A stretch of DNA of 62,077 nt, the filler included. It is 13 parts of 13 records of this genome, joined end to end, with 100 filler letters (N's around TTAATTAATTAA, not from the genome) between each part and the next. Parts side by side here need not be neighbours in the genome. Positions count along the whole stretch, not along the records: positions 11,923 to 15,832 come from SRR15195285_7504; positions 15,933 to 20,025 come from SRR15195285_7509; positions 20,126 to 24,543 come from SRR15195285_7510; 10 more parts are not named here. One strand, written 5' to 3'. Positions 11,923 to 23,519 of this stretch are shown piece after piece. Numbering within the stretch: the first letter of the stretch is position 1; each line of letters starts with the position of its first letter. Below the pieces are notes generated by a model that had not been told where the DNA came from, did no database searches, and worked only from the letters and a program-made list of their open reading frames with translations. The position numbers were made by a program, and so were the translations under genes.

Positions 11923-14900
11923 GCTGCTCGATACATTGCCCTCCCGATCACGTAGACTGTACAGCGCAGGCTTATGGCCACTTCGCCACTGTTTGCCATT
12001 GAGGACAGTGCCAATATCGAGCTCCAAGGCACCAAGATGGTCGTTGCGGCCGATTTTGTCCTGGTCCATCAGCACAACATTCAGACACCAGTCCGAGAAT
12101 TCACCCTCTTTCGTGACTGTGAAGCGGAAGTCATCCCCGCCCCACAGTGGAGATAAGCACTTTTCGATTGTCCGCGATCGGCAAGGTTTCGCTGAGCCTA
12201 ATGAGAGAAGTGCAAAAGGATCGCTACTGCCACTGCTGTCAGCCGCAATGAGATCGACCGCCCGGATCAGTGACACGATCAAAAGTCCGTCGCACTCAGG
12301 GCGTAGCACTTTCGCTTCAATGAATTTGAGCCCTAAATGGAGCTGTCCATACTTGTGCTCCTGCCCGCAACGTTCAGAAATCGCACTTCCTGGCACTTCG
12401 CCACCTGGATCGCTGATCGGGAGGATGTGTTCATCCACGGGGACACGCCAGTCGTCTCCAAGCGCAGGCCCGACATCAAGTGCAACCCTTCCGAGTGAAT
12501 CGTCAGACATCATGTCATGATCTTTGAGCTGAACGTGCAGTCGATACTGATCGAGTCTGGCATCCAGCGCAACCGGAAAACGGTATTCGTCGAGCCAGCA
12601 CGGATCCAGGGTCTTCGGCATTTTTCTGGATTTGAATGGTGCAGCATCACCAAAGTATATGTTTGCATAAGGGTCTGAAAGCCCATCATCATCCGCCGGT
12701 ACAACTGCGGAGGCACGAATGAGAGATACTACCAACAGACCAGAGCACGGTGGGCGAAGCAGAGCAGCGTCAACAAACGATAGGTCCAGCTGTACGGTGC
12801 CCATTGGGCAAAGTTGGTGCGAGGCTGTGCTCCGGTTGGACCATCCCTCTCCAAGCAAAGCCCCAACTAAAAGCTCGGTAGTGCCCAGTAGATCGTCCGA
12901 TCCGATTAAATCCTTGTCCCACACCCGCATGCGGAGCATGTAGTCGCTGAGAGGGTCACTTCGGCGGCTGACATAAACCTCGAACTTCAGGGTCACATCA
13001 AACTCAGGATTGAGAGTCTTTTTGACGGTCCGCGTCTTTTGAGACACTGCGTTACCCACCTGTAATTCACAGTATGGGTCACTCAAACCATTCGAGTCTG
13101 CAGATGCTAGATGTTCGCACTTCGTCACGACGACAGTCAGCACACCGTCACACGGAGGCCACAAGACAGCCTCTGGAATGAACTGCAAACCCATATGAAT
13201 GGCTCCCGCGCTAGATTTCGTCTTACCGCATGTGTACTTAGTGTGCTCAAGATCGAGCTGCACCGTTGTGGGTGTCCATCCATCTCCAAGAATGTTACCA
13301 ACATCAATCATTGTAGTGCCAATGTCAACGTCGGGAGACATTTTGTTCGAGTCTGCCACAACGACAGACATCCGGTAGTCGTCAGCCTTGCCATCACCAC
13401 CAACCAGGAAAGAAAATGTCTGCTGGAACTCTGGATTCAGTGTCCTAGGCCGTGTGACAGAGCGTTTCTGTGGCTGTGTGCCCAGCGTCAGCATGACATA
13501 CGGGTCACTCAAACCGTTCGAGTCTGCCGCGACCAACTTTGAACATTCGAGAAGAGAGATTACAAGTGCCCCGGGTCCTGGTGGGCGCAATGTCGCTGTG
13601 GATGTGAATTGCATGCTGACAATGCTTTGACCCATTGTCTGCCCGATTCGCAACAGCCCAAACTGACGGCGCACAGGAGTTTTTGACGTCCAGTCGCCAC
13701 CTAACATGCGGCCGCATCTGACGGACGCAACTTGCCCTAGTGGCTCGTTGTTGCCGGCCAAGACTTCGATTTGCAACTTGCAGATTTCACCAGCAACGAC
13801 TGAGAATCGAAATAGTTCTGGAAACACAGGCGAGTCGGTAGAAGATTGAGTCTCGGACACGTACACGGCATTTGCGTTAGAAACTCTGACGCGGCTATCT
13901 TGCCGCGATCCTGGAAATGCAAGGTCGTTGCATCGCACGGATACGGTGATAATCCCAGCGCAAGGACAAGCACAACGCATTTCGTCGACCGCGTCTAGCA
14001 CATACGATATGCCATCATACGCCTCTTCATACTGCATTGGGCCGAAATTGCGCATCTGAAATGCGACGTACTCGTCACGCGAGACAGATCCGTCCTTGTT
14101 TGCGTCCATCTCTCGCCATGAATGTTTGCAGTTTTCTTCGTCAAAAGGCTCCCCTAGTATCTGTGCAATCTGCGAGTCTAGGAGAATACACTCCTGCATC
14201 GAAACTTCTCCATCGCCACCAGTGTCACACAGCTCGAACGCCAATTCAAAAACAGCCAGTAGTTTGCTGTAAAACTCCTCTTGCCGAACTCGCGCGAGCT
14301 CCATTTCGCGCACGCACGGGTCTAGTTCGGCCGCCGCTTCACGATACGAATCCGGTGGCAGCGCGCCTAGTCTCTCGAGAACAAAGTCAGCCGCATCGAA
14401 TGGCGCGTGGTCGGATTCGAGGATCTTCAGCTGGTGGCGGGTCTTCGTCTCTTCGGCTGCAGAGAGCGCGCTGGTCCTTAAGCGGTTCCTCAGCTCTGCC
14501 AATTTCAATCCAAGAGGGCTGATCTTCACGCCCTCTTTCACAAAATACCGATGGATTGTTGGTAATTTGTGCAATTCGTCATCCAGTTGTTGCGCGATGT
14601 CTGCGGCAAGAGTGCAGGTACCAGACCAATCAAACGAGACGAAGGCGCGCTCAAAAAGATCTTCGAGCCGCTTGTGCCCGCGTGTCCGCGCCTCTTTGAT
14701 GTCTGCAAGGACCTGGGATACTGCAGCACAGCTGGGCTCATAGCTTTCGGGTGCGATCGGCTTCATTTGACCTGTGACAAACTCATCCACATCCACGCCG
14801 CCGTTACCATCAGTGTCCATTGCCATCCAGTTTGCAATGCTTGCAGCTTCATCGAAAGATTCCGCTTCCCTGCGCATTGCTGACCATATTTGTCGGTCCA

Positions 14901-15832
14901 ATGAGATACACTCGTCTTGCGACACCATCCCATCACGCTGCCAGTCACAGAAAGCAAATACCTGCTTGAAAAGGCCGACAAGCTCGACGTGAAACTTCTG
15001 CTGGCGTTCGTGTACAACAATGCAGTGCTCTATGTTCTTGCGCAAGTCCTTTGACATCTTGATGTACTCCGGCGGCTGCGTTTGAGACAGTTGTAGCTCC
15101 ACGTATGCCTCCAAGCTTACGTGGTCAGCCTCGTTGGCAGCGGTTTGCTCAAACTTCTCCGTGCAAGCCTCCACATTGAACGGCCTTCCAGCCGAGCGTG
15201 CAAGCTTGCGATCGATATCAACACACTCCTCCAGCGTGACGCTCCCATCCGCGTCCGCGTCGCATAGTTTCCACGCCATAGCCCACAGCTCCTCCAGCTC
15301 TGCTTTTGCGCGCATTTGCTGGGCTTTGATGTCATCAATGAGCTCGAACGCTACGCGCAGCTCGTCACTGGCTGTATTGTACAGCTGCGCGAGGTCAGCC
15401 CACCACGGGGCTCGGGCTTTGATGTCCTCCAGTTTTGTGTAGATGAATTCTCCCACGCTCACTCCCAGCGCAGTCTCGGAGACCCTCAGACCGGCACGTT
15501 CGCGCATTTGATCGGTTCGCTCAGTGGTTGAGAGAATTGTCGGACGCCCGGTTGATTCGGAGATCAGCCAGTCCATGTTGGTCATGTCCGTTGCACTGAC
15601 CAGCCCAGTACCTCTGTAGTCCGTCATCCTGAAGAGTTTGCGCAGCAGAACCTCCAGCTCCTTCCGCGCGCGAGCCTCCTCTCCCAATTCATCTGCTGGG
15701 ACGAAAGCCGCCTGCACGACCGCAGGCGGCGACACCATGCGGATGGGCTCCGAGAGGTAGTTACCGTGTCGGGCCACGATAGCGACCTGAGGCTTCGATG
15801 CGGGCTCAGGCTCGGGCTCGGGCTCGGGCTCG
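11923..15832 (-). CDS. Multi-EF-hand plus tandem C2-domain Ca2+/lipid-binding protein, truncated at both contig ends
   Basis: Open across the whole contig from EPEPEP. EF loops DADADGSVTLEE, DWQRDGMVSQDE, DTDGNGGVDVDE, DTGGDGEVSMQE, DANKDGSVSRDE. At least 5 C2 domains, four of them with AD..G.SDP[YF]. Confidence 0.9.
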
Positions 15833-15932
15833 NNNNNNNNNNNNNNNNNNNNNNNNNNNNNNNNNNNNNNNNNNNNTTAATTAATTAANNNNNNNNNNNN
15901 NNNNNNNNNNNNNNNNNNNNNNNNNNNNNNNN

Positions 15933-17936
15933 GCTGCAGCTAAAGCAGGCGTGCAAACCGGTTCACGTGTGACAGCCATTGGCGGTAAACCTGTATTTTC
16001 AAAGCCTGACGTATTTGAGGTCTTAAGATTGTTCGGTTCAGAAGGTCAAGCCATCGCCTTTACTGTGGAAGTTCCGTCATGGCAGCAGCAGCAGCAGCAG
16101 CAGCTTCACGCAACACTTGTGAAAATAGAGCACAGCGCTGCAGAGCCACCTCAACATCCTCAACTGATGTGGCCACAACCAGCAATGAAGAAGCAACGCC
16201 TGAGCTCCAGCGATTTCGATAGCACTGTGGGATCGTACACCAAATTTCCTGTAAGCCAGCTGCAGCAGGAGCGACGGCTACGGCAGGCAGCGGAGCAGCA
16301 AGTGGTGGTAGAGCGACAGCTGCGGGAGGCAGCGGAGCGGGTCAACACTCAGCTTCTGCGACTGCTACAGCCAGAGGTGTTTGGTTTGGACGATGATGGA
16401 CACAAGGATGGGTGCTCCGACGACAATGATAACCAGCCGTCACTGAAGAGGCACCAGTCAAATGTTACTGAGGTATTGGCTGATCAACCAGAGCAGCATG
16501 AAGGCCAGGTGCAGGCGACGGTAGTTGCAGCGCCTGCTTCCAACGATACATGTACCAGACCTAAGCGGGCCCTTGGTGGTGCAAAGATAAAGAAAGGACG
16601 GGCGGCGTGCCACGCACTTGTGCAAGCACGCAACAACAAAACACTATCTGAGAAATACAGGTGGAGTATGCATCATGTATGCGTCAAAGGGACAGTAGAA
16701 ATGTCAGCACAGCAGTTTGCCACCGTAGGAGAGTATATTTTGGGGAAGATAGGTCAGGACAACCAGCAGTGGCAAGATCAGATCGGGCGAAACACGACAC
16801 AAGTCTTCTTCATCGCTGCTGACTTAGTCGTTAGCACGGCCATCTTTACTGAATCGAACAGCGGCGCCATGGTCGTACATCTGTTCGCTACGTGTACCGA
16901 GCATCGGCGGCATGGGCACGGTCGACAATTGCTGCAACTGTTGGAGTCTCATGCTACAAAGAAAAAGCAGGTCTTGTACGTTGAGTACAATCCTGACTCA
17001 ACGAATGGCTCTAAGGAGTTCTGGTCTGCATCCGGTTATACCGACCCGTCCACTGCCACAAATGCTAAGGTTAACTCAACATCAGGCGACGGGCTCAGAA
17101 GGTTTCCAAGGTGGTTTCCAAGGACGCCTGTGTTTCGCAAAAAGGCTTGCAAGCAGTGTGGTATCTATCTTGAAGAAAACAAGTCAGACGAGGAAGAGAC
17201 TGTGGCCGACTTGAGACAGAAGGTGGTTGGTACGGCCCAAGTGGCTACTGAACTACAGGTTGGGGAAGCAGTCGATATTGTTGATAACGGAGTGCATTCA
17301 GCGCATGTGATCGCTGTTGATGTAGACGCATTGCGAGTTAAGGTTCATTTCAATGGCTGGAACGCACGACACGACAGCTGGTATCCGGCTAACCGCGCGA
17401 TCATTAAGCAGCCCGTGCCACGGCGCACATCCCGCAAAGTGCAGAAGACCCAGTCATATGTCTCTCCTGAGGCTGCTGGCAAGGTGCTGCCATATGGGCG
17501 GCTAGTCCCCAAGAAAACCTGGTCGAAACAGGAAGAAGCAGATCTAATCCGAATGGTCGAGCAAAAGGGATTCGGCGACTGGAGGATCAAGGCACAGCTG
17601 CTGAATACAGGGCGCGTCCCCGGTGAAGTTCGGGCAAAAGCCAACTTGATCCGTGCGGAAAAGAAAAAGGAGCACGCTCATAGACTATTGCCAGTTGGTA
17701 CTCTCGTCGAGGCACTATACAACCACTTCGAGCCACACAAACATGCGGCATGGTACAGAGCCGAAATTAAGCGTGTTGATGAGCGACGCATGACATACGA
17801 TATCGATTGGGAAGACGGGGATGAATACTTTCGAACGCAACCGACAAAAAACGTTCGACCGCTACCATGGGGAACATTGCCGAACGGAGACAAACCGACC
17901 TCACAACAGGCTTCAGCGAACCTGGAACAGCAATAA
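15933..17936 (+). CDS. Putative chromatin protein: partial PDZ - GNAT acetyltransferase - Tudor-knot/chromo-barrel - SANT/Myb - Agenet/Tudor, 5'-truncated
   Basis: AAAKAGVQTGSRVTAIGGKPV (PDZ C-half, open to contig edge); HLFAT..HRRHGHGRQLL and FW..SGY (GNAT); VKVHFNGWNARHDSW (Tudor-knot); WSKQEEADL..GFGDW (SANT); VGTLVEA..WYRAEI..YDIDWEDGD (Agenet/Tudor). Confidence 0.8.
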   Translation, partial: AAAKAGVQTGSRVTAIGGKPVFSKPDVFEVLRLFGSEGQAIAFTVEVPSWQQQQQQQLHATLVKIEHSAAEPPQHPQLMWPQPAMKKQRLSSSDFDSTVGSYTKFPVSQLQQERRLRQAAEQQVVVERQLREAAERVNTQLLRLLQPEVFGLDDDGHKDGCSDDNDNQPSLKRHQSNVTEVLADQPEQHEGQVQATVVAAPASNDTCTRPKRALGGAKIKKGRAACHALVQARNNKTLSEKYRWSMHHVCVKGTVEMSAQQFATVGEYILGKIGQDNQQWQDQIGRNTTQVFFIAADLVVSTAIFTESNSGAMVVHLFATCTEHRRHGHGRQLLQLLESHATKKKQVLYVEYNPDSTNGSKEFWSASGYTDPSTATNAKVNSTSGDGLRRFPRWFPRTPVFRKKACKQCGIYLEENKSDEEETVADLRQKVVGTAQVATELQVGEAVDIVDNGVHSAHVIAVDVDALRVKVHFNGWNARHDSWYPANRAIIKQPVPRRTSRKVQKTQSYVSPEAAGKVLPYGRLVPKKTWSKQEEADLIRMVEQKGFGDWRIKAQLLNTGRVPGEVRAKANLIRAEKKKEHAHRLLPVGTLVEALYNHFEPHKHAAWYRAEIKRVDERRMTYDIDWEDGDEYFRTQPTKNVRPLPWGTLPNGDKPTSQQASANLEQQ

Positions 17937-18776
17937 TGATGGTCTTAAGGTAGACGTGAACGAGGCAAAATGACAGCAGCGTCAGCAGCAGAGGCAACTT
18001 GCGCATGAACCTTAGCACCATTGCAGTGTGATTTGTGAATTTAAGTAGAAGAGCACAAAGCAATTGAGGCTTCCGAACTCTAGAACTTTTGCATCTTTCC
18101 TTCCCCTGTAATGCTGTGCAGCTGGTTCTGCGTATGCTTCCTGTGCCTCGAGTTGAGAGTCCGTGTTTGGAAACATGAAGTTCAGCACCATTTCGCACAT
18201 ATATATCCTTCACCGACCCTCTACCTGAAGCTAACGACCTCGTACTAGTACGTATCGCAAATTGCGCTAGAATCCAACATTTCGTGAATTTGAGTGCCTA
18301 GCCGTTTCGTGACGTTTGCGAGCTAACCCCTGTATCAAACAGTGGTGGTGTGTGATCAACGCAGGACAGCCGCACTCCCGACGTGCGCTCCCATACCGAG
18401 CGGTGACTTGAGTGCTGTGAGGGAAACCAGTGCGACCATCAGCCATGCCCGGGTTGTCTGCTAGCATTGCTGGTCGGGGGACTCATCAGATAATACGCTT
18501 GCCACGAAGAATGCTGTTGAAGTTAGTGTACTATTCATAGATCTCGTGGCGTATTACGTGCGTGTCAAGCAGAGCATCTCTTCTGGCCCGACAATGGTGC
18601 GCCAGAGTGGCGCACAATCCAGAGCTCCAGAATGTTTTAGTTAATTGACTCTGATCCAGTTTAAAAAACGCGAGATGAACACACACTAACCTGCACTGAG
18701 GGTGCTTCAATCGACACATGCAAAGCTACATGTACATGTACTTGATTTTGAGCCGAACTGGAATAGTTGGGCAGAG

Positions 18777-20024
18777 TCAAGCCGGACAAGCTGGCGGCTG
18801 GTACTCACGCAGCAAGTTATCGAGTCGAAACTTTGGGCCAACAGACATCGAGGCGTAATTGTGAGTCTCGCGTCTGGGAACGCTGCCTGTCTCGGACGTG
18901 GCCGGCGATGACGGGACCAGCAATGCCTCTGCAGCAACCATTTGCGCAGACGTTGACAACGAGCCTGAAGCAGCAGCACAAAACACTCTTCTATCGATCA
19001 TCGATGAACCTGCATTCTGGTCTCGCTTTGTCTTTCGTGCTGATCGTCTGGCGCCACGTGACGCCGAACTGACACGACGTGGCGAACCCATGTTGCCTGC
19101 CGGTGTAGCGGTGAAAGATCGCGAGGACCTAGCACCCGAGCTCTTTGGGCGCACTGACTTGTTCGAAGTATTTGTACAAGCTATTTTGTGCGCATTCTGG
19201 TTCTCGCGTGGTTGCATCTGGACCCGCCGTACCTCTGAATTCCAAGCGGCGGTTGACGACGGCATCTTGCCCCGTGTTCTAGTACTCGCCGACGTCTTGC
19301 CCCTGGTTGCAGTACTCGTGGATGAGCGATTGACAACCTTGCGGCTGCCACGCGGCCCAGTGAGCGCCGTCTGTTGCGATCGACGACCTGTCGTCGCTCT
19401 TTGCATAGCAACAGTCTGCAAGACTGGCTCCTGGAGACCGTCGGTGCCACCATCCTCCCACGCGGCGGCAGGCTGAGCGCAATAGCACACTCTCGAGTCT
19501 TCAGCGGTATACGCTGCATACATACATCTCGAGCATCGCCGTAGAGCCACGCCCTCGGCCCGTCCTACACCACAATCGCTGTCGTCGTCGGAACTATTCA
19601 ACACACCTGACGCCCTTTGAGGTGTTGTGCCCCTGCGCCTAGTGCGAGCGGGCGACTGAGATGGCGTTGCCAGCCGATTTATTGTAGACTCCTGAACTGA
19701 CCTGGCCGCGGCTGCGGCGTTGCCTCCAGGCGACAGTGTTTTGTCCGTCGCTCTGTGCGAGTTGCTGAGCTCCTGTTCCCACTCCTGCATGTACTGCCAC
19801 GCAGTAGCGACTGTGCCACCGCTCCACGAAAGCACGCGACGAAGCGACGTGTCCGTGTGCCTGTGACTAGTCTGAGAAAAACTCTCGCACAGCTTGCCCA
19901 GGACATCAACGCGGTTGCGCTGGAGCTCCAACTGTTCGCGCCGAGTACGATCCTCTGCGCTGACACACTCGGCTCTCCGCCTGGCCGAGTCTGTTGGCTC
20001 CGGCTCCGGCTCCGACTCCGGCTC
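18777..20024 (-). CDS. C-terminal part of a hypothetical low-complexity protein, 5'-truncated
   Basis: The frame of ORF 18777..19931 stays open to the contig edge through EPESEPEPEP. Ser/Arg/Thr-rich, no recognisable domain. Confidence 0.6.
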   Translation of the reverse strand, partial: EPESEPEPEPTDSARRRAECVSAEDRTRREQLELQRNRVDVLGKLCESFSQTSHRHTDTSLRRVLSWSGGTVATAWQYMQEWEQELSNSHRATDKTLSPGGNAAAAARSVQESTINRLATPSQSPARTRRRGTTPQRASGVLNSSDDDSDCGVGRAEGVALRRCSRCMYAAYTAEDSRVCYCAQPAAAWEDGGTDGLQEPVLQTVAMQRATTGRRSQQTALTGPRGSRKVVNRSSTSTATRGKTSASTRTRGKMPSSTAAWNSEVRRVQMQPRENQNAHKIACTNTSNKSVRPKSSGARSSRSFTATPAGNMGSPRRVSSASRGARRSARKTKRDQNAGSSMIDRRVFCAAASGSLSTSAQMVAAEALLVPSSPATSETGSVPRRETHNYASMSVGPKFRLDNLLREYQPPACPA

Positions 20025-20154
20025 CNNNNNNNNNNNNNNNNNNNNNNNNNNNNNNNNNNNNNNNNNNNNTTAATTAATTAANNNNNNNNNNNNNNNNNNN
20101 NNNNNNNNNNNNNNNNNNNNNNNNNGGGGGGGGGGGGGGGGGGGGGGGGGGTCG

Positions 20155-20916
20155 ATGGCGGCTGCGCTCTTCGCCGCGGCGGTGCTGCCGGCGCTAGCCA
20201 ACGCGGAGGATGATGCATTTGACGAGTTGCTGGACGATGACTCGCACTTAGTTGACGAATTGCTGGCAGACGAGCAGAGTGACCTGAAGCCAGAATCTAT
20301 TGACTTTAGCAATCACACGTGGAAGGAGTTTGTGAGTATCCCTTGCCGCGAGAAAGGTGCTGCCAACCGTCGATGCGCATCCACCTCAAGATCTGGGCTC
20401 CTCGTGGGCCGTTCTCGTTGCTGGCGCGCAGGCTGACCATTACATGAGGGGTATCGTGATGTGGATCCATGACGTGAGTTACTGAAGGGTGCTCGAAACG
20501 CGCGCTGTATGTGCACTGTCCTAAAGCGGCGCTGGTGCTGGTGCTGTCAGGATCCTACTGATTTTTTCATGGTGCTGAGCATGCTGATGGTGCCACTCAT
20601 GCTTGCGTCTGGTTCTGCATCGTGGTACCTGCTGAAAAAGGAACAGGAGGAGCAAGGCCTGGAAGCTCCATGCATCGCTAACTCGTGGGCCTGGGACAAA
20701 CCACTCGGAACCACTGCCAGCTACACACCGCTGGGTGGCAAGAAAAAGGACAAAGAGAAGAAGAAGCGGCGGAAGGACAAGGACGGTAGCGAGAAACGCT
20801 CGAAGAAGCGTGACAAGACCAAAGACGGCGAAGAGGGGGCGAAGCGTAGAAGGTCAAAGAAGCCCCCGCCGCTCAGCAAAGCCGACCCAAAGACAGAGGA
20901 GGCGGTCATTGATTGA
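20155..20916 (+). CDS. Small single-pass membrane protein (signal peptide, acidic ectodomain, Lys/Arg-rich tail), 2 exons (20155-20331, 20551-20916), ~180 aa
   Basis: Signal-like MAAALFAAAVLPALANA. Phase-0 intron GTGAGT...CAG at 20332-20550. TM FFMVLSMLMVPLMLASGSASWYLL and basic tail. Confidence 0.65.
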
Positions 20917-21236
20917 ATTCTGCGCCGGTCAACCATCAATTGTCACACCGATAATGACAGCCGCGCCGCGGGACGGGCGTCATTGACGTGTTTTAGGCAG
21001 TGGACTCAGGCACTGTGAGCAGTGCAGATGGCGCGCACAACAGGTGCTCGAATCCACAAAAAAGTTTTGATGGTCCGCAAATCAGCGATTGTGTGCTGCA
21101 GACTGCTCACCACTATTCATTGAATACAAGCGCCGACGCGCCGCGAATGTCCGTCTGTTCGCACGTCCCAATTTTGCCAACAGCGCGGCACTTCTTCTAG
21201 GGGTGGGCCTGCTCTTTGACGACGCAGTTTGCGCGT

Positions 21237-23519
21237 TTACTTGGTCTTCTTGTCAGTGGCCAGCGCGCCGCCGTTCGTAGAGCGGACGCCAGGCTCCAAG
21301 TAGAGAGACGGCAGCCGAGGCAAGTAGTTATCGATAGCCTGCGATACCGAAACACAGCATGGCCAAGGCCGCGAGTCAGCGAGTCAGCGACTCAGAATCA
21401 TCGGCATAACTGCGTGGTGCACTTTGTGCAATGCTTGGAATGATATGGTTGGGTAGTGTGGCGCCGCATCCACCTCGCCGCGGTAGTCTTTCGACGGACA
21501 GCGGAGGATGAACTGCCCAAGTCCGAAGTGTCCGGTCGTGAACTCTGCTTCACAGTTGCACAGGTAGAAGTCCCACATACGCTGGAAACGCTCGCTGTAA
21601 GATGGCCAGGCGCCAGAGCCGGGGAGTTCATCGACCTTCTTGATCTGCGGTTCGGATCGCAGAGCACACAACCGTCAAACACATGCAACATGTAGAATCA
21701 CCCGATGCTCCGCTGAGGTGTGTGTGCGCGCGCGCTGTTGGGGCAACCGCGGGAGACTCAGCCAACTCACGTTACGGTAAAAGTTCTCGCGCCATGCACG
21801 GAGGGTGAGCGCGTAATGTTCGCCGATGTTGTCAAAATGTTGCAGCTCCAGCCGCGATTGCGCCATGCCCTCAATGATTGCAGAGACCGCTGGAATGCAG
21901 CATCCAGGAAAGATGTACTCCTGCATGAAACCTGATTTGAGTTTGTAGATCGGGTACTCAGAGTCGGCGGACGTGATCGTGTGGACGACTGCGGTGCCCC
22001 CTGGCTTCAACAGGGACTCTACGAACTTGAAGAAGGTCGCGAAGTACTTGTCGCCGACATGCTCGAACATTCCGATCGAGACCACCTTGTCAACCTTGCC
22101 GCCGTACTCAAGCGCTGTGCGGTAGTCCGCGTGGACGAACTCGACGAGGTGCGACACGCCACGCCGCTCTGCCTTCTCGCGGGCGTACTTGATCTGCTCA
22201 ATGGACAGGTTGTACGAGGTGATCTTGCAGCCGGTAGTCGCAGCTGCCTCGATCGCAAACCCGCCCCAACCGCAGCCAAGCTCGGCGACGGTGTCCTCGC
22301 TAGTGAGACCAGCCTTGCGGATGATGTAGTGAATCTTGTTCAGCTGCGCCTGGCCCAGGGAAATGTTTTTGTAGCCATCGTCCGGATGCTGCACGAAGCC
22401 CTGCAGGGACGGGTCGCGGAAGAGCGCGCAAGTGTAAGACATCGTCTCCTCATCAAGCATTAGCTTGTACATCTCATTTCCGATATCATAGTGTGCCTGG
22501 ACATTGGTCAGACTCTGCAGCGGATTGTTCCTGCGGCGCGCCGCACCACAGACTGCTGGTCATGCTGCTGCCCCAGGAAGCACAGCGAGCGGGGGGAAGC
22601 GGGCAGATACGGGGGGAGGAGGGGGGGGGGGGGAGCGGGGGCGAGCGAATGGAGCAGAGCAGCGGTGGTGCGCGACGGACCCGTAGACCCAGCGCATGAA
22701 GCCTTCCAGCTGCGCGGTGGCCGCCTGGAAAGGCGGCCCGACAGGGGCGCGCGCCTTGACATTCTCCGCCACCACCTCGACCATCCGTGCCAGGTCGGGG
22801 GAGTCCCACTCGCCGCTCATGTAGGCGTCGGCCATTCCCAGCGTCTCGCGGGTGACCATGCGGGAGAACGCCCGCATGCTGTGCACAACGATAACGCCCT
22901 TGAAAGACGAGCTGGTGTCACCATACAGCACCTGTGTGCCGTCGGGGAACGTCACATCGAAGCAGCCGATCTGGAAGCCTTTGAGGTAGAAGTACGTGAT
23001 GAGCTGCATGCAGATCCAGTCCCACAGCATCGCGAAGGGCCTGCATCCAACCATCGATCGTGAAAGAGCAGCGGTCGTGTTCGCGTCAGACGCACCATCA
23101 ACAGACGATAGCCTGCACTGCCCGGGGCGCAGCAGGGCAACGAGGTGGATGCGATGTGCATGCACGCAGCCCAGCCACGAGGCAGTGATCTACTGCGCCT
23201 CTCGTGCAGTGAGGCTTCTCCGCCGCAGCAGGAAGTGTGGCATCACGTATGCCGAGGCAGCGAGCCATACGCCCTCAAGATATACACGATCTGTCTGGAT
23301 GGATGGATGGCTGGCTGGCTGCCTAGCTACCTGGCTGTCTGGCTGGCTGGCTGTCGGGTCACGCCATGTCATGGGCATGGCTACTCACTGCAGCAGGAAG
23401 TAGATCGGCCGGAAGAGGATGAACGGCGGCTGCTCCACCACCGGCACCGACCCCGCGATGCCCGACTCACTGCTGTCCGGCAGCACCGCCGGCGAGGGCG
23501 AGCGCGCTTTCGGCGCCAT
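21237..23519 (-). CDS. cfa: Cyclopropane-fatty-acyl-phospholipid synthase family SAM methyltransferase, 5 exons (23519-23389, 23040-22681, 22530-21771, 21644-21423, 21338-21237), ~524 aa
   Basis: LGMADAYMSGEW, AHYDIGNEMY, MSYTCALF, ELGCGWGG, SIGMFEHVG, YIFPG, HYALTLRAWRENF, RMWDFYL..CEA.F. Spliced length is 1575 nt. The last intron is the least certain. Confidence 0.9.
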
